Both the position numbers and the translations under genes were made by a program. Source: Dendrobates tinctorius (Eukaryota). From it: DNA of 64,000 bases. The stretch spans positions 15,190,001-15,254,000 of the forward strand of contig NW_027361692.1 in assembly GCF_039654945.1 (NCBI RefSeq), read 5' to 3'. Below, piece by piece: positions 11,705 through 23,905 of this stretch. The notes beneath the pieces are model-generated. The model saw only the letters and a list, made by a program, of their open reading frames with translations. It was not told the origin of the DNA and did not search any database. Positions within the stretch are counted from its first letter, which is position 1, and every line of letters starts with the position of its first letter.

Positions 11705-14700
11705 TCAAAAGCAGCATAAGCCAGCTCACCACACTTCCACCGCAGACCTCGGAACTCCGTCTGGACTGACGTGAGACAAGTAGGAGAGAGCAATTAGTTC
11801 CAGCTGCGTGTAAAATTCTTTCTTTATTCCTTCAATAAAAATACATAAATCTTCATAATGTGTGCCCCAACATGGACAACGGCAACGCGTTTCGATCTAA
11901 AAGATCTTTGTCAAAGCCATAAAGACACATTGGTCATGTCTACTTTATATAATACATGTAGTCCAATGGCATTCAAAGAATACAATCATGTGACAATCTA
12001 TAAAACTACAAATCACAAATTTAAATATAAAAATTAAAACATATTGTGAAAAGACAATATTTCACTCTTTAACAGTAATGAAGCATTAGGTCATTTCTTT
12101 TGTTCAGACCTTGCGGAGATCGAGTATTAAGGTGATAAATCCAGAAAGCCTCTCTTGTTAAGAGACGTCGTTTGGAGTCTCCACCACGGAAAGGAATTTT
12201 AACCTGTTCTATTCCCTGCACTCTGAAACCAAAGACACTGCGGGCATGATGTGTGATGAAGTGCTGGGATACAGCTGACAAATTGCGATTTAAATTATTC
12301 ATGTTGTAAATGTCAGATAAATGTTCCCTAATGCGCACCTTCATTTTTCTAGAGGTGCAACCTATATATGACAATTTACATATTGTGCAATCTATTTTAT
12401 ATATTATATTGGTGGAATTGCAATTTATATATTGTTTTATATTGTAATACACTGTCTCCCCAGCATTAGAAAAATTCTTAGTGACATTTGCATATCTACA
12501 TGTCTTGCAATTAGTTGTTCCACACCTAAAAAAACCCTTATATGTCAACCATGTTTTATCTGATTTTTTATTATTACTATTATCAGAGAATAAATTTGGC
12601 GATAGTTTATCACCCAGTGTGGGAGCTCTCCTCGATACTATATTTATACCCGGCGCCAAAATTTCTGCTAATTAGGTGTCCTCATATAGAATAGGTAAAT
12701 ATTTGTTAATGATTTTTTTAATATGAAAAAATTGCCGACTAAACTGAAAACAAATATACGGTTTTTTACCTATACTAGACTCATTAATGTTTCTGCTGGT
12801 AGAAATCATGTCAGTTCGATTTTTATTTTCTATTATCTTTCGTGCTCGATTTAAGGACCAGTTCGGATACATACGATTTTTAAGTTTTTTACTCATATGT
12901 GCCAATTCACCATTTAAATTACTTTCTTCACTACAATTGCGTTTAACCCTCATATATTCCCCCACCGGTATTGCTTTGAGAGTATGCTTGTCATGTCCAC
13001 TAGTCGCATGAAGGATAGTATTCCCACTATAGGGTTTATGATGCGTTTTGGTGGAAATTATTTGGCCTTCAATACCTGCCAAATCCAAATCCAAAAAAGA
13101 TATATGATCCAAATTGGATTCATATGTAAATTTAATGTTATACTCATTAGAATTCAGATAATGAATAAACTGTGGTATGGCAGATACATCTCCATCCCAA
13201 ATTATTAGGGTATCATCGATATATCTACCATACCATATCATTTGACTATAAAAAGGATTAGAACTGGAAAAAATAAATTCATATTCCCAATAAGACATAA
13301 CCAGATTAGCCAGTGATGGTGAAAATTTGGCTCCCATCGCCACTCCTTTTAACTGTAGATAATAACGCTGATTAAACGAGAAAAAATTGTGTGACATTAA
13401 AAATATGACTACTTGCAAGACATAATTAATCAAATCTGGAGAATAGTTACTAAATTTTTCCAAATGAAATTGTAGCGCCCTCATCGCTAATGTGTGAGGA
13501 ATGCATGTATATAATGATTCTACGTCACAGCTCAACCAAGAATATGAGGACTACCAAATTTTATCAGAAAAGATTTGTAAAATCTGCTTAGAGTCCCTAA
13601 TATAACCAGGCATCCTTTGTACAAGGGGTTGCAATAATGTATCCACCCATTGTGATAATCGCTCGTGAGCTGAGCCAATGCCCGAAACAATTGGACGCAT
13701 CGGAGGAATGCCAGCATATTTGTGTATCTTGGGTACTCCATAAATAATTGGAAGCACCGGTTTATCAACTTGTAGAAAATCTGTTTGTTTTTTGGTAATG
13801 ACTCCCAATTCTAGACCCTCTGCTATAATTTTATTAGTTTTCTCACTGAATTTCTGAAGAGGATTGTAATGCAATTCTTTATATGTTTGTTGATCTGATA
13901 ACATCTCTTTCATTTTATCACAATAATCTTTGGAATCTAAGACCACCACCACCCCACCTTTGTCTGACATCTTTATGACTACATCTGTCATTGATTTAAG
14001 TTCTCTCACAGCTACTGATTGTTTCATAGATAGATTTTTATATTTATCCAATTTATTTTTATCCTGGTTGAATAGAGCCTGCAATTCTTTTTCCACTATA
14101 TCCTGAAAACGATTCATACATTCAGACCTCGTCTGGATCGGATAAAAATAAGGATTTTTTGTAAGAAAATTTAATGACTGATTTGTATATTCTATATCCC
14201 TATCTTTTTCCGTGTCCAAATCTTGTAAAGATACTAGAGAAACCTGCTCCTGAAAATTCATATGCAGGAATTCATTTGTCACTTGCTGAGTAGAATGATT
14301 ACAATCTTCTTCCTCAGACATGTTTGTTAATGGATCATTCATAAAGTGTTTTTTAACAGTCAAGTTACGCATAAATTTGTTCACATCTAATATAGTTGTA
14401 AAAAGGTCAAAGTCCTGATCTGGAGCAAAGTTCAATCCCAGAGATAAGACTTGTATTTGTTCCATAGATAAATTTCTAGATGACAGATTTAACACATTCT
14501 TGACTACTTGATCAGGTACTTCTTCTTGCGGGTGGTAATTCCTAGTACGTTTATGGTGCTTTCTACCCCCGCGTCTCTTGCGTTTTTTGAATAATGGTGA
14601 TCTCTGTTTGTAGTGCCTGATGCATTTTCATTTGATGATACATCTGAAGCACTTAGATTATTATCAGAGGAGTCCGGGTCAGAAGACGTAAAAGAAACAT

Positions 14701-15243
14701 GCGGTTTAGGTGCTCTTGATTTAAAGTATCTGCGTTTCTTATGAGCATGGCTTTGCTTTAGTATAGCTTTGGGAGTTAGATTGAAATTATCCCAATGGCC
14801 CCATTCATATACTTTGTTGCTGGTATAATCATTTATATCTCTCGAAAATTTTTTCTTCTTGCGAGTCATAATTACTTCCTCCAAAGCCGTAATCTTATCA
14901 TTCATTTTTTCTATGGAGGAATCAAATTGTGTCAATGTCTTATATTCCAGCATAGATAAATTTATTGCTTCCATCTCCTGTTGAATATCTTTGCGTTTGC
15001 TCCCTTCCTGCCGTACAATCAATTTCATTAGATTTAGAGAGCATTTACTTAGAATAGTATTCCATTGTTCTCTGAATTCATCAGAATAAAACGTAGTGGG
15101 GATTTTTTTAATACGCAGACCTCTTGGTACCATTTCCTTAGATAAATAATTATTGAGCGTTGCATGATCACACCACAACTTAGTTTCCTGCACGAGGAGT
15201 TTTTCCAGTTTGCTTAAACACTCGTTGAAACCTGACACATTGC

Positions 15244-15274
<31 letters not shown>

Positions 15275-16421
15275 TATTGTTATAGCGCCATTTATTCCAT
15301 GGCGCTTTACATGTGAGGGGGGTATACATAAAAACAAGTACAATAATCTTAAACAATACAAGTCATAACTGGTACAGGAGGAGAGAGGACCCTGCCCGCG
15401 AGGGCTCACAATCTTCAAGGGATGGGTGATAATACAGTAGGCGAGGGTAGAGCTGGTCGTGCAGCGGTTTGGTCGATCGGTGGTTACTGCAGGTTATAGG
15501 CTTGTCGGAAGAGGTGGGTCTTCAGGCTCTTTTTGAAGGTTTCGATGGTAGGTGAGAGTCTGATATGTTGTGGTAGAGAGTTCCAGAGTAGGGGTGATGC
15601 GCGAGAGAAATCTTGTATGCGATTGTGGGAAGAGGAGATAAGAGGGGAGTAGAGAAGGAGATCTTGTGAGGATCGGAGGTTGCGTGCAGGAAAGTACCGG
15701 GAGACGAGGTCACAGATGTATGGAGGAGACAAGTTGTGGATGGCTTTGTATGTCATGGTTAGGGTTTTGTAATGGAGTCTCTGGGCAATTGGGAGCCAGT
15801 GAAGGGATTGACAGAGGGGAGAAGCTGGGGAATAGCGGGGGGACAGGTGGATTAGTCGGGCAGCAGAGTTTAGAATAGATTGGAGGGGTGCGAGAGTGTT
15901 TGAGGGGAGGCCGCAGAGCATGAGGTTGCAGTAGTCAAGGCGAGAGATGATGAGGGCATGGACTAGGGTTTTTGCAGATTCTTGGGTGAGGAATGAACGG
16001 ATGCATGAAATATTTTTGAGTTGAAGTCGGCAGGAAGTGGAAAGGGTTTGGATATGTGGTTTGAAGGAGAGATCAGCATCAAGGATTACTCCGAGGCAGC
16101 GAGCTTGTGGGACTGGGGAGAGTGGGCAGTCATTTACTGTAATTGATAGGTTCGTAGGGGGGGTCACGTGAGATGGGGGAAAGATGATGAATTCTGTTTT
16201 GTCCATGTTGAGTTTCAGATATCTAGTGGAGAAGAAGGATGAAATAGTGGACAGACATTGAGGGATTCTGGTTAGTAGCTCTTGCTATTGGAAAAGACCT
16301 CTGCAGCTTTTTTCGATCGATCTCTTTTCAGGTCTGTGGCCATATCAAATATGTGACCTTAGAAAATACTGTTCCGTGTGGGCAACACTAGTTATGATAC
16401 AATAAAGTGTTAAAGTGTGTT
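11705..16421 (-). mobile_element. Penelope-like retroelement family 1 (Neptune-type), near full length: ORF1 (ATG 16343, split by L2, stop 14504) and ORF2 RT plus GIY-YIG (to 12069)
   Basis: RT motifs (CDVESLY, GVAMGAKFSPSLANL, YGRYIDD), CxxxxCxxC linker, NIIY...YIG endonuclease; two in-frame stops (13551-13553 TAG, 12672-12674 TAA). Confidence 0.95.
15248..16281 (-). mobile_element. L2 LINE, 5'-truncated (RT C-terminus, 3' UTR, (TAA)n tail), inserted in Penelope ORF1
   Basis: ORF 15484-16206 (LVHALIISRLDYCN, LHWLPI, FKKSLKTHLF); microsatellite tail; 8-bp TSD ttgctatt (15240-15247, 16282-16289). Confidence 0.93.
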
Positions 16422-18992
16422 AAACACTTTATGAATGATCAATTAACAAACATGTCTGAGGAAGAAGATTGTAATCATTCTACTCAGCAAGTGACAAATG
16501 AATTCCTGCATATGAATTTTCAGGAGCAGGTTTCTCTAGTATCTTTACAAGATTTGGACACGGAAAAAGATAGGGATATAGAATATACAAATCAGTCATT
16601 AAATTTTCTTACAAAAAATCCTTATTTTTATTCGATCCAGACGAGGTCTGAATGTATGAATCGTTTTCAGGATATAGTGGAAAAAGAATTGCAGGCTCTA
16701 TTCAACCAGGATAAAAATAAATTGGATAAATATAAAAATCTATCTATGAAACAATCAGTAGCTGTGAGAGAACTTAAATCAATGACAGATGTAGTCATAA
16801 AGATGTCAGACAAAGGTGGGGTGGTGGTGGTCTTAGATTCCAAAGATTATTGTGATAAAATGAAAGAGATGTTATCAGATCAACAAACATATAAAGAATT
16901 GCATTACAATCCTCTTCAGAAATTCAGTGAGAAAACTAATAAAATTATAGCAGAGGGTCTAGAATTGGGAGTCATTACCAAAAAACAAGCAGATTTTCTA
17001 CAAGTTGATAAACCGGTGCTTCCAATTATTTATGGAGTACCCAAGATACACAAATATGCTGGCATTCCTCCGATGCGTCCAATTGTTTCGGGCATTGGCT
17101 CAGCTCACAAGCGATTATCACAATGGGTGGATACATTATTGCAACCCCTTGTACAAAGGATGCCTGGTTATATTAGGGACTCTAAGCAGATTTTACAAAT
17201 CTTTTCTGATAAAATTTGGTAGTCCTCATATTCTTGGTTGAGCTGTGACGTAGTATCATTATATACATGCATTCCTCACACATTAGCGATGAGGGCGCTA
17301 CAATTTCATTTGGAAAAATTTAGTAACTATTCTCCAGATTTGATTAATTATGTCTTGCAAGTAGTCATATTTTTAATGTCACACAATTTTTTCTCGTTTA
17401 ATCAGCGTTATTATCTACAGTTAAAAGGAGTGGCGATGGGAGCCAAATTTTCACCATCACTGGCTAATCTGGTTATGTCTTATTGGGAATATGAATTTAT
17501 TTTTTCCAGTTCTAATCCTTTTTATAGTCAAATGATATGGTATGGTAGATATATCGATGATACCCTAATAATTTGGGATGGAGATGTATCTGCCATACCA
17601 CAGTTTATTCATTATCTGAATTCTAATGAGTATAACATTAAATTTACATATGAATCCAATTTGGATCATATATCTTTTTTGGATTTGGATTTGGCAGGTA
17701 TTGAAGGCCAAATAATTTCCACCAAAATGCATCATAAACCCTATAGTGGGAATACTATCCTTCATGCGACTAGTGGACATGATAAGCATACTCTCAAAGC
17801 AATACCGGTGGGGGAATATACGAGGGTTAAACGCAATTGTAGTGAAGAAAGTAATTTAAATGGTGAATTGGCACATATGAGTAAAAAACTTAAAAATCGT
17901 ATGTATCCGAACTGGTCCTTAAATCGAGCACGAAAGATAATAGAAAATAAAAATCGAACTGACATGATTTCTACCAGCAGAAACATTAATGAGTCTAGTA
18001 TAGGTAAAAAACCGTATATTTGTTTTCAGTTTAGTCGGCAATTTTTTCATATTAAAAAAATCATTAACAAATATTTACCTATTCTATATGAGGACACCTA
18101 ATTAGCAGAAATTTTGGCGCCAGGTATAAATATAGTATCGAGGAGAGCTCCCACACTGGGTGATAAACTATCGCCAAATTTATTCTCTGATAATAGTAAT
18201 AATAAAAAATCAGATAAAACATGGTTGACATATAAGGGTTTTTTTTAGGTGTGGAACAACTAATTGCAAGACATGTAGATATGCAAATGTCACTAAGAAT
18301 TTTTCTAATGCTGGGGAGACAGTGTATTACAATATAAAACAATATATAAATTGCAATTCCACCAATATAATATATAAAATAGATTGCACAATATGTAAAT
18401 TGTCATATATAGGTTGCACCTCTAGAAAAATGAAGGTGCGCATTAGGGAACATTTATCTGACATTTACAACATGAATAATTTAAATCGCAATTTGTCAGC
18501 TGTATCCCAGCACTTCATCACACATCATGCCCGCAGTGTCTTTGGTTTCAGAGTGCAGGGAATAGAACAGGTTAAAATTCCTTTCCGTGGTGGAGACTCC
18601 AAACGACGTCTCTTAACAAGAGAGGCTTTCTGGATTTATCACCTTAATACTCGATCTCCGCAAGGTCTGAACAAAAGAAATGACCTAATGCTTCATTACT
18701 GTTAAAGAGTGAAATATTGTCTTTTCACAATATGTTTTAATTTTTATATTTAAATTTGTGATTTGTAGTTTTATAGATTGTCACATGATTGTATTCTTTG
18801 AATGCCATTGGACTACATGTATTATATAAAGTAGACATGACCAATGTGTCTTTATGGCTTTGACAAAGATCTTTTAGATCGAAACGCGTTGCCGTTGTCC
18901 ATGTTGGGGCACACATTATGAAGATTTATGTATTTTTATTGAAGGAATAAAGAAAGAATTTTACACGCAGCTGGAACTAATTGCTCTCTCCT
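16422..18992 (+). mobile_element. Inverted, 5'-truncated second copy of Penelope family 1
   Basis: Reverse complement of 11781-14351 with only a handful of differences; same two nonsense codons plus a +1 frameshift near 18240. Confidence 0.95.
18854..18895 (+). ncRNA. Minimal hammerhead-like motif with non-canonical core in the Penelope 3' UTR (mirror copy at 11879-11920, minus)
   Basis: atggc-tttgacaaa-gatc/tttta/gatc-GAAA-cgcg-tt-gccgt. Confidence 0.6.
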
Positions 18993-19269
18993 ATTTTTTA
19001 AACCTCCCTAACTGGGCTGTCCACCCCTCCAGGGCTGGGGTCAACACCTGGCGCACCTGGGCAAGTGCCGTTGCTCTGAACAAGTGGATGGGCCCACTGA
19101 TGGCCGATGGCACTGGCACAGGGCCCCTCATAGTACAATACAGTGTCTCGGACGGTGGGGGGCCCACTCACCGTCAGACACACCAGCGTACTATAAGGGA
19201 CCCTGTGCCAGTACCGTCAACAACGAGTGTGCCCCCCTGCTTGGTCATGGCCACAGCACTTGCAAGTTG

Positions 19270-19490
19270 CAATACTTACCTCTCCGTGCTCCACCGTTGT
19301 GTAGTCTGGGCAGTTAAATCCTTCACAGGGACGGCCACTAGAAATTTGGTGTATTGATCGATGATGGTTAAGATGTAGCTATGGCCTGTCCTGCTGGCCT
19401 CTACCTTCAGATGATCAATGGCTACCATTTGTAATGGACATCAACTTATAAGCGGATGCAGTGGTGCTTTATGATCACCTTTCACTGTTG
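19270..19490 (-). pseudogene. Gypsy integrase fragment inside hAT copy 1
   Basis: Minus-strand translation KAPLHPLIS*CPLQMVAIDHLKVEASRTGHSYILTIIDQYTKFLVAVPVKDLTAQTT. Confidence 0.8.
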
Positions 19491-20380
19491 ACTATCAAGT
19501 CACAGACTCCAGAAGTATAGAGGGAAATTTACAATTACCCCTAGAATGGATACACCTGGTATGTGCTGATACAGTACCTTTGTTCAAAAATTTTTATTAC
19601 GGTATCATCCATTGGGAGTGAGCGTGTGTGGTTTACGCCTTGTATATATACGGTGAATAGGAGATACCAATTTTTACCCTATACTCGATACAGCTTGTAT
19701 CTTGATATACCTTTTTTTGACATTTAGTATTACGGTCAAATCCATACTGAGTGAGCATCTGAGAGTGATTACGGGACTATGTATATGGAGATTTCAGTTG
19801 TACCCTATAATATATATACTTGCTATATTGTTATCCAGTACCTTTTTTACAACATTTTTTTATTATGGTCAAACCCAGACTGAGTGAGTGTCTGAGGGTG
19901 ACTCCGGAAATATATACAGAGATTTCAAATTTAGCCAACACTGTATACAGCTGTACGCTTCTGATTCAGTAACCTTTTTTGCTATTTAGATTCTGGTGTA
20001 ATCCATAATGAGCCTGTAAACGTCTGTCTGTTACTCCGGAAATATATTTGGAGATTTAAGATTACCCCAACACTGTATACAGCTGTACGCTTGTGTTACA
20101 TTACCCATTTACAGCTTTTCATATTCTTGTGTAATCCATACTGGGTCTGAGAGCGTTTGTCTGCCTCCTGAAATATATACGGAGATTCCTAATGTTTACA
20201 TTATACAATATACTGTATACCTTGTATCTGGTGATACTGTAACCTTTTTCAACTTTTTTTATTGTGTACTTCATACTGAGCCTGTGAGCGTCTGTGTATG
20301 ACTCATGAAATATATACGGAGATTTACTGTTATCCCTAGACTGTATAGAGCTGTACGATTCTGATACAGTACCATATATC

Positions 20381-20955
20381 TAAAAGTAGAATGTCTCGAA
20401 GGTGGATGCCCCGATGTGCATTTCGGAAATATTTATCCCCCTGACGAAGGAGATTTATTTCCGAAACGCCCGTCGGGGCGCGCTTAAATACATTCCACAC
20501 AGCGTCAATTGGCTTACAGGTATTTTATACACTGAACTTTGTTTATTGCAGTCATGTTGCACATTTTTTAGTGGGATCTTATGTTTACACAGTTGCACTT
20601 TAGCACTTTGTGCACATATTGCTTTTACATATTTGGTCATACTTTTTGTGTCACTTGATCAATTACCTGGTTTATTAATTAAGCCTTATGTTATGGATTG
20701 GTTTTTAAGCTTTCCATACACATATTGCTAATGCGGTTGCATATTTTACCTCTTTTTTATGCACTTATATGCTGTGCCAATATTTTAATAAAGGCATTTT
20801 TTAATAATTAAGCATTGTGTTCCTGATCATTTATCATTATTATATATATATTTTTATATATTTGTTTATTTAAATACATATTTTAGAATTTTTTGTTTAA
20901 TTTTCTTACCCTGCGGGATTTTATTTCCATCCATCTTCGAGACATTCTACTTTTA
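20381..20955 (+). mobile_element. Short hammerhead-containing insertion bounded by a 28-bp inverted repeat
   Basis: IR 20381-20408 / 20928-20955 (1 mismatch); AT-rich body with aataaa. Confidence 0.65.
20437..20478 (+). ncRNA. Minimal type I hammerhead ribozyme motif
   Basis: cccc-CTGACGA-a-gga(g)...(t)tcc-GAAA-cgcccg-TC-gggg. Confidence 0.75.
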
Positions 20956-21574
20956 CATGTACCGGATGGTCTGCCATCCTTTTTTAGGGGGAGTGGTTCA
21001 AACATAGTTTTGAGTCAGTATATATTATCATACATATGTTTATAAATTATACAAATATATTGTGAGCTTGAATTCTTTTTCCTCTGTTCTGTACCATATA
21101 TCTGCTGGTATTTTGGGTCCATTTTCCAAAACACGAGGAAGTATGGTGGAAGAGGATGTGGGCGTGGGGGGCCACCTGTTACTGATGGTGGTGGTGCATC
21201 TGCTGGTAGTGCCAAAAACACAATAGCAGCTAAGGCAGGAGGTGTTGAGCCTGCATTATGGTGTAGCTCTGGAAGGCCTGTAAGGCTCCCATTTCTGGGA
21301 GTAGGTAGACTGATTTTAACGCCGGAGTATCAGGGACTGTTTTTGGCTTACATTGCTGAAACAGCCTCCAGCTCTATCACCTCCTCTTCTGAAGTTGGGA
21401 AAAAATGCAAGCACTGAGTCTTCAGTGCAGGCTTCTGGTCAGGAGAAACCCCTTTCCTTGTGTCCTTCACCTACACCAAAAGTGAAGGATGCGGCAGCAC
21501 ACACTTCAGATTACTCCATGGAGCTCTTTTCACATGCCATGCCTGGGTTAATTAAAAATGGTGCCCATCATATA

Positions 21575-22200
21575 CTTGAACATTCCAAATGGGGGACATC
21601 AGACACTGGAGCAGCATTTACGGGGCTCATTATACACTGGATCATTAGAAATGGAGCCCATTATATATGGAGTGTTGTTTGGACCCATCATACACTGGAA
21701 CATGATCCATGAGGCCCATCATTTACTGCAGCATTCCAGATGGGGGACATCAGACACTGGGGCAGCATTTACGGGGCCCATTATACACTGGAGCATTTGA
21801 AATGGAGCCCATTATATATTGAGCATTATTTGGGCCCATCATACACTGGAGCATCATCCATGAGGCCCATCATATACTGGAGCATTCCAGATGGGGGACA
21901 TCAGACACTGGAGCAGCATTTACAGGGCCCATTATACACTGGAGCATTAGAAATGGAACCCATTATATATGGAGCATTATTTGGGCCCATAAGACACTGG
22001 AGCATCATCCATGGGGCCCATCATATACTGGAGCATTCTAAATGGGGCAGATCAGACACTGGAGCAGCATCTATGGGACACATTATACACTGGAGCATTA
22101 GAAATGGGACCCATTATATATGGAGCATTATTTGGGCCCATAACACACTGGAGCATCATCTATGGGGACCATCATATACTGTAGCATTATGTGGAGCTCA
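21575..22200 (+). repeat. 151-bp tandem repeat (~4 copies) made of ~30-bp subunits, subterminal in the hAT element
   Basis: gggggacatcagacactgg recurs at 21591, 21742, 21893 and ~22044. Confidence 0.88.
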
Positions 22201-23257
22201 TCATATACTGTATGGAACAATATATGTGACCAATTATTCTGTATGGAGAAATATATGGGGCTCATTACTCTGTATGGTGCACAATGTGGTGGCCATAATA
22301 CTGTATGGAGTAATAACTGTCCTTTTTTTGAGCTATTGTACAATTTAAAATAGATCAGTCATGTCATGTAAGCAGTGAAGTATTTGTCATTGTACTATAC
22401 CTATATTTCTGTGCCGTATCAGAGCATGATAAGTTGTGGTATGTGTTAAAGGGGCGCACTGACACTCTTTGGCCCAGGGCACACGAAAACTGGGAGCCAG
22501 CCCTACCCCCCACAACAAAAGCCAAATAACCCCCAGTTTTCAATGCCTAACTATTATTATAAAGTAAATTAAGGTTGACAAGTTTCAGTAATAAGAATTG
22601 ATGTTTTTGGCATTGAAATGGGCACTGTAGGTGTGTTTACTGTCTTCCACTCCCTGCCGACTTTCCTTCCCCATTGTCTTGCATTGGGTTTCGTGTTTCA
22701 GTCGGCCTCTGACTTTTCCCAATAGTCGGCCGATTTCATTCGACCCGAGTTTTGCGAAAGTTGGGTTTCATGAAACCCAACTCGACTCTAAAAAAGGCAA
22801 AGTCGCTCATCTCTAGTCACCAGCAAAAAAAAAACACCTCAAAAAACATTGTGCTAAAACACAGTTCAATGCATCAATTTGAGGCTCAAAGATGATATCC
22901 AGATATACAACATCCAAAATAGCAAATCCAAATTAAATAAATAAATATCATCCGTTGATCATGGAGCTCACCGCTTTCACAAGGAGTGCAGGAGAGAAGA
23001 GTGTAGGAGCTTCCACGAGATAGAGAATGAAACCACAAAGTCATAGGATGCACAGAATGTAATGTTTGCGCTTTCGCCATTGATAGAACTAAAGCTGTTA
23101 ATTCTTTTTCAGGTTTTTCAGGTTTTTCTTCTACCATTACTTCTTTTTTGAATTGTGATACAAAATATGTGATATATTGCATCTGCTGTGTGCCATGTCA
23201 GATGCAATACATTGGATTTACTACAGGAAAAATCAAGAAACGTATTGCTGAGCACAT

Positions 23258-23905
23258 TACCAAGACTGCTCATACCTCAAGAAAAACCCTTGCCCCTTTT
23301 CCCCAACGCAAAGAAAGAATCCAGTCATTAACGAAAACATATCTTTAATTTTCACATTTACAATAACTCTCCTCATCTTCTCAAAAACCCATTGTTGGAG
23401 GGGTAAGGTTCCAGCTCTGGATTAATTAAGCTCTGGAAGCTGTGGGTGATATGCCACCGGACTACCGACACATGTTAACCTGACTTATTCTTCCGCCAAC
23501 CGCTGCGACTTTTATTACCTTGAATAATAAACATCCAAACCATCAATACTGGAAGCTGTGGGTGATATGCCGCCGGACTCCTGGCACATTTTATCCCGAC
23601 TTAGTAATAAACATCCAAAGCATCAACCATCAAATTACCTCAATAACAAAAGAAGAAAAACAAAAGAAAGGGAAGGGAGGGTGGGAAGCTCCTTGCTCCC
23701 AGGTTCAAAAGAGGCCCAGCAGCCTCAGGCCCCACCTTATATACCCCTTAGGGGGAGGAGAAATGATCCACATACAAAAATTAAAGGGGGGTGGAGTTTT
23801 TGTTTCCTTTAACCCTTTCCCTGCGCCTAGGAAAAGAGGACAATGCACATTAAACCCACAGGCTGATCAGTAAGCGGCCCTCGGCAAATAAAGCTGGGTT
23901 CCCTC
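23258..23905. other. Unclassified ~650-bp insertion interrupting the partial Penelope copy
   Basis: Breaks collinearity with 27490-27510; internal duplication ctggaagctgtgggtgatatgcc. Confidence 0.5.

Larger units (their letters stand above)
3774..22815 (+). mobile_element. Large degenerate hAT DNA transposon (copy 1), host to LTR, Penelope and other insertions; left end not seen
   Basis: Transposase remnants; right TIR ...gtcgctcatctcta at 22815; largely collinear with the reverse copy at 59409-64000. Confidence 0.8.

Noticed and set aside
12672-13553. Programmed readthrough or selenocysteine at the in-frame stops shared by both Penelope arms
   Set aside because: The codons are TAG and TAA, not TGA, and family 2 has sense codons at the equivalent positions; inherited nonsense mutations are simpler.
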